A DNA stretch of 64,000 nt from NCBI GenBank assembly GCA_965205265.1, contig CBDBGH010000003.1:4096001-4160000 (forward strand), in the 5' to 3' direction. Numbering within the stretch: the first letter of the stretch is position 1; each line of letters starts with the position of its first letter. The position numbers were made by a program, and so were the translations under genes. Under the pieces are notes generated by a model that was given only the letters and a program-made list of their open reading frames with translations, was not told the origin of the DNA and made no database searches. Below are positions 62,973 through 64,000 of this stretch, in pieces. Source of the stretch: Alphaproteobacteria bacterium (GTDB lineage Bacteria > Pseudomonadota > Alphaproteobacteria > Bin95).

Positions 62973-64000
62973 TCACTTGCGGGTGGCGCGGGCCAGCGCC
63001 CAGGCGGGCAGCAGGGCGAGCACGAACAGGAGCGCCATCGCCAGGAAGCCGTCCTGGAAGGAGAAGGCGGTGGCCTGCGCGAACACGGCCTGGCCCAGCC
63101 AGTCGAGCGCCGCCTGCCGGGTCTCCGCTTCCGGCAGGCCGGCGGGGCCGAGCAGCCTGCCGAGCGCCGCCAGCAGGTCGCGCGAGGCGGCGTTGTCGGG
63201 GGTCTGCGTCGCGGCCAGGGCTTGCGCATGGACCAGCATGCGCGATTCCAGCACCAGCACGATCACCCCGGTGCCGGTGCCGCCGCCGAGCTGGCGGAAG
63301 AAGTTGATCGCGTCGCCCGCCTGGTTGAGCCGGTCCTGCGGGAGCGCCGAGAGCGCCGCCGTCATCAGCGCCGGATTGATCCAGGCCATGCCGAAGCGGC
63401 TGATGCCGGCGAAGAAGACGAGCGACCAGTAAGGCGTGTTCGCGTCCGCGACCGAGAGCAGCGCCGTGCCGGCGGCGAAGAGGAGCAGCCCGCCCATGAC
63501 CGGGATCCAGACCGGCATAACGTCCGAGGCGCGGCCCGTCAGCGGCAGCATCGCCATGACCAGCAGGCTCGCCGGCAGCAGCAGCAGGCCCGCCTCGGTC
63601 GCGGACTGGTTCTGCACGAGCTGGCCGAACACGGGGATGGCGTAGCTGGTGGCGAAATTGCCGGCGCCGAACACCACCGCGATGGCGACCGCCGAGGCGA
63701 ACGCCCGGTTGCGGAGCAGCGAGAGGTCCAGCAGCGAGGCGCCCGGGCGCATCTGCGAGGCGAGGAAGAGCGCGCCGGCGGCGAGGCCGAGCGCCGACTG
63801 GAACAGGATCGCATCCGAGGTCCACCCGAGGCGCAGCCCGGTCGAGAGCACGGACATGAGGCAGAAGAGGGCCGTGCAGAGCAGCGCATAGCCCCACCAG
63901 TCGAAGCGCGGGAACGGCGGGCGCGGCCGGGCCTGCGGCATGAACACCAGGCCGAGGAAGAAGGAGAGGGCCACGAAGGGCAGCGTCACGATGAAGATAT
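62973..64000 (-). CDS. DHA2/EmrB-type MFS efflux permease (5' end beyond window)
   Basis: FDWWG, LLDLSLLRN, GRASD, NFFRQLGG, SFQDGF; frame open to the window edge. Confidence 0.85.
   Translation of the reverse strand, partial: IFIVTLPFVALSFFLGLVFMPQARPRPPFPRFDWWGYALLCTALFCLMSVLSTGLRLGWTSDAILFQSALGLAAGALFLASQMRPGASLLDLSLLRNRAFASAVAIAVVFGAGNFATSYAIPVFGQLVQNQSATEAGLLLLPASLLVMAMLPLTGRASDVMPVWIPVMGGLLLFAAGTALLSVADANTPYWSLVFFAGISRFGMAWINPALMTAALSALPQDRLNQAGDAINFFRQLGGGTGTGVIVLVLESRMLVHAQALAATQTPDNAASRDLLAALGRLLGPAGLPEAETRQAALDWLGQAVFAQATAFSFQDGFLAMALLFVLALLPAWALARATRK

Overview
GC-rich bacterial chromosome segment, most likely alphaproteobacterial (standalone rpsD, purC-purS-purQ-purL-bolA-grxD, DUF1476/zeta subunit, alphaproteobacterial-type REP palindromes). 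It mixes housekeeping genes (acnA, alaS, hutU, pur, rpsD), a TRAP transporter and many catabolic enzymes with several accessory insertions. Highlights: (1) a complete IS110 element (61646-62771) with CT cores, whose left non-coding end reads as a bridge RNA; its guides match the element's own ends and the REP palindrome it sits in, and circularisation would build a promoter. (2) A hidden selenoprotein (37624-38556): two ORFs joined by an in-frame UGA in a U-P-V-C motif, followed by a SECIS-like hairpin; GrdB/PrdB-like, with no reductase partner genes nearby. (3) An IS1634-family element with 17-bp terminal inverted repeats and an exact 82-bp target duplication that copies the brnTA upstream region. 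(4) A NurA-like nuclease plus HerA ATPase cassette beside a truncated antitoxin. (5) A VapBC/AbiE toxin-antitoxin islet with gene remnants. (6) An orphan membrane/coiled-coil gene between duplicated copies of the putative alaS promoter. No tRNA, rRNA or CRISPR array was seen. All calls come from reading motifs by eye; no searches were run.
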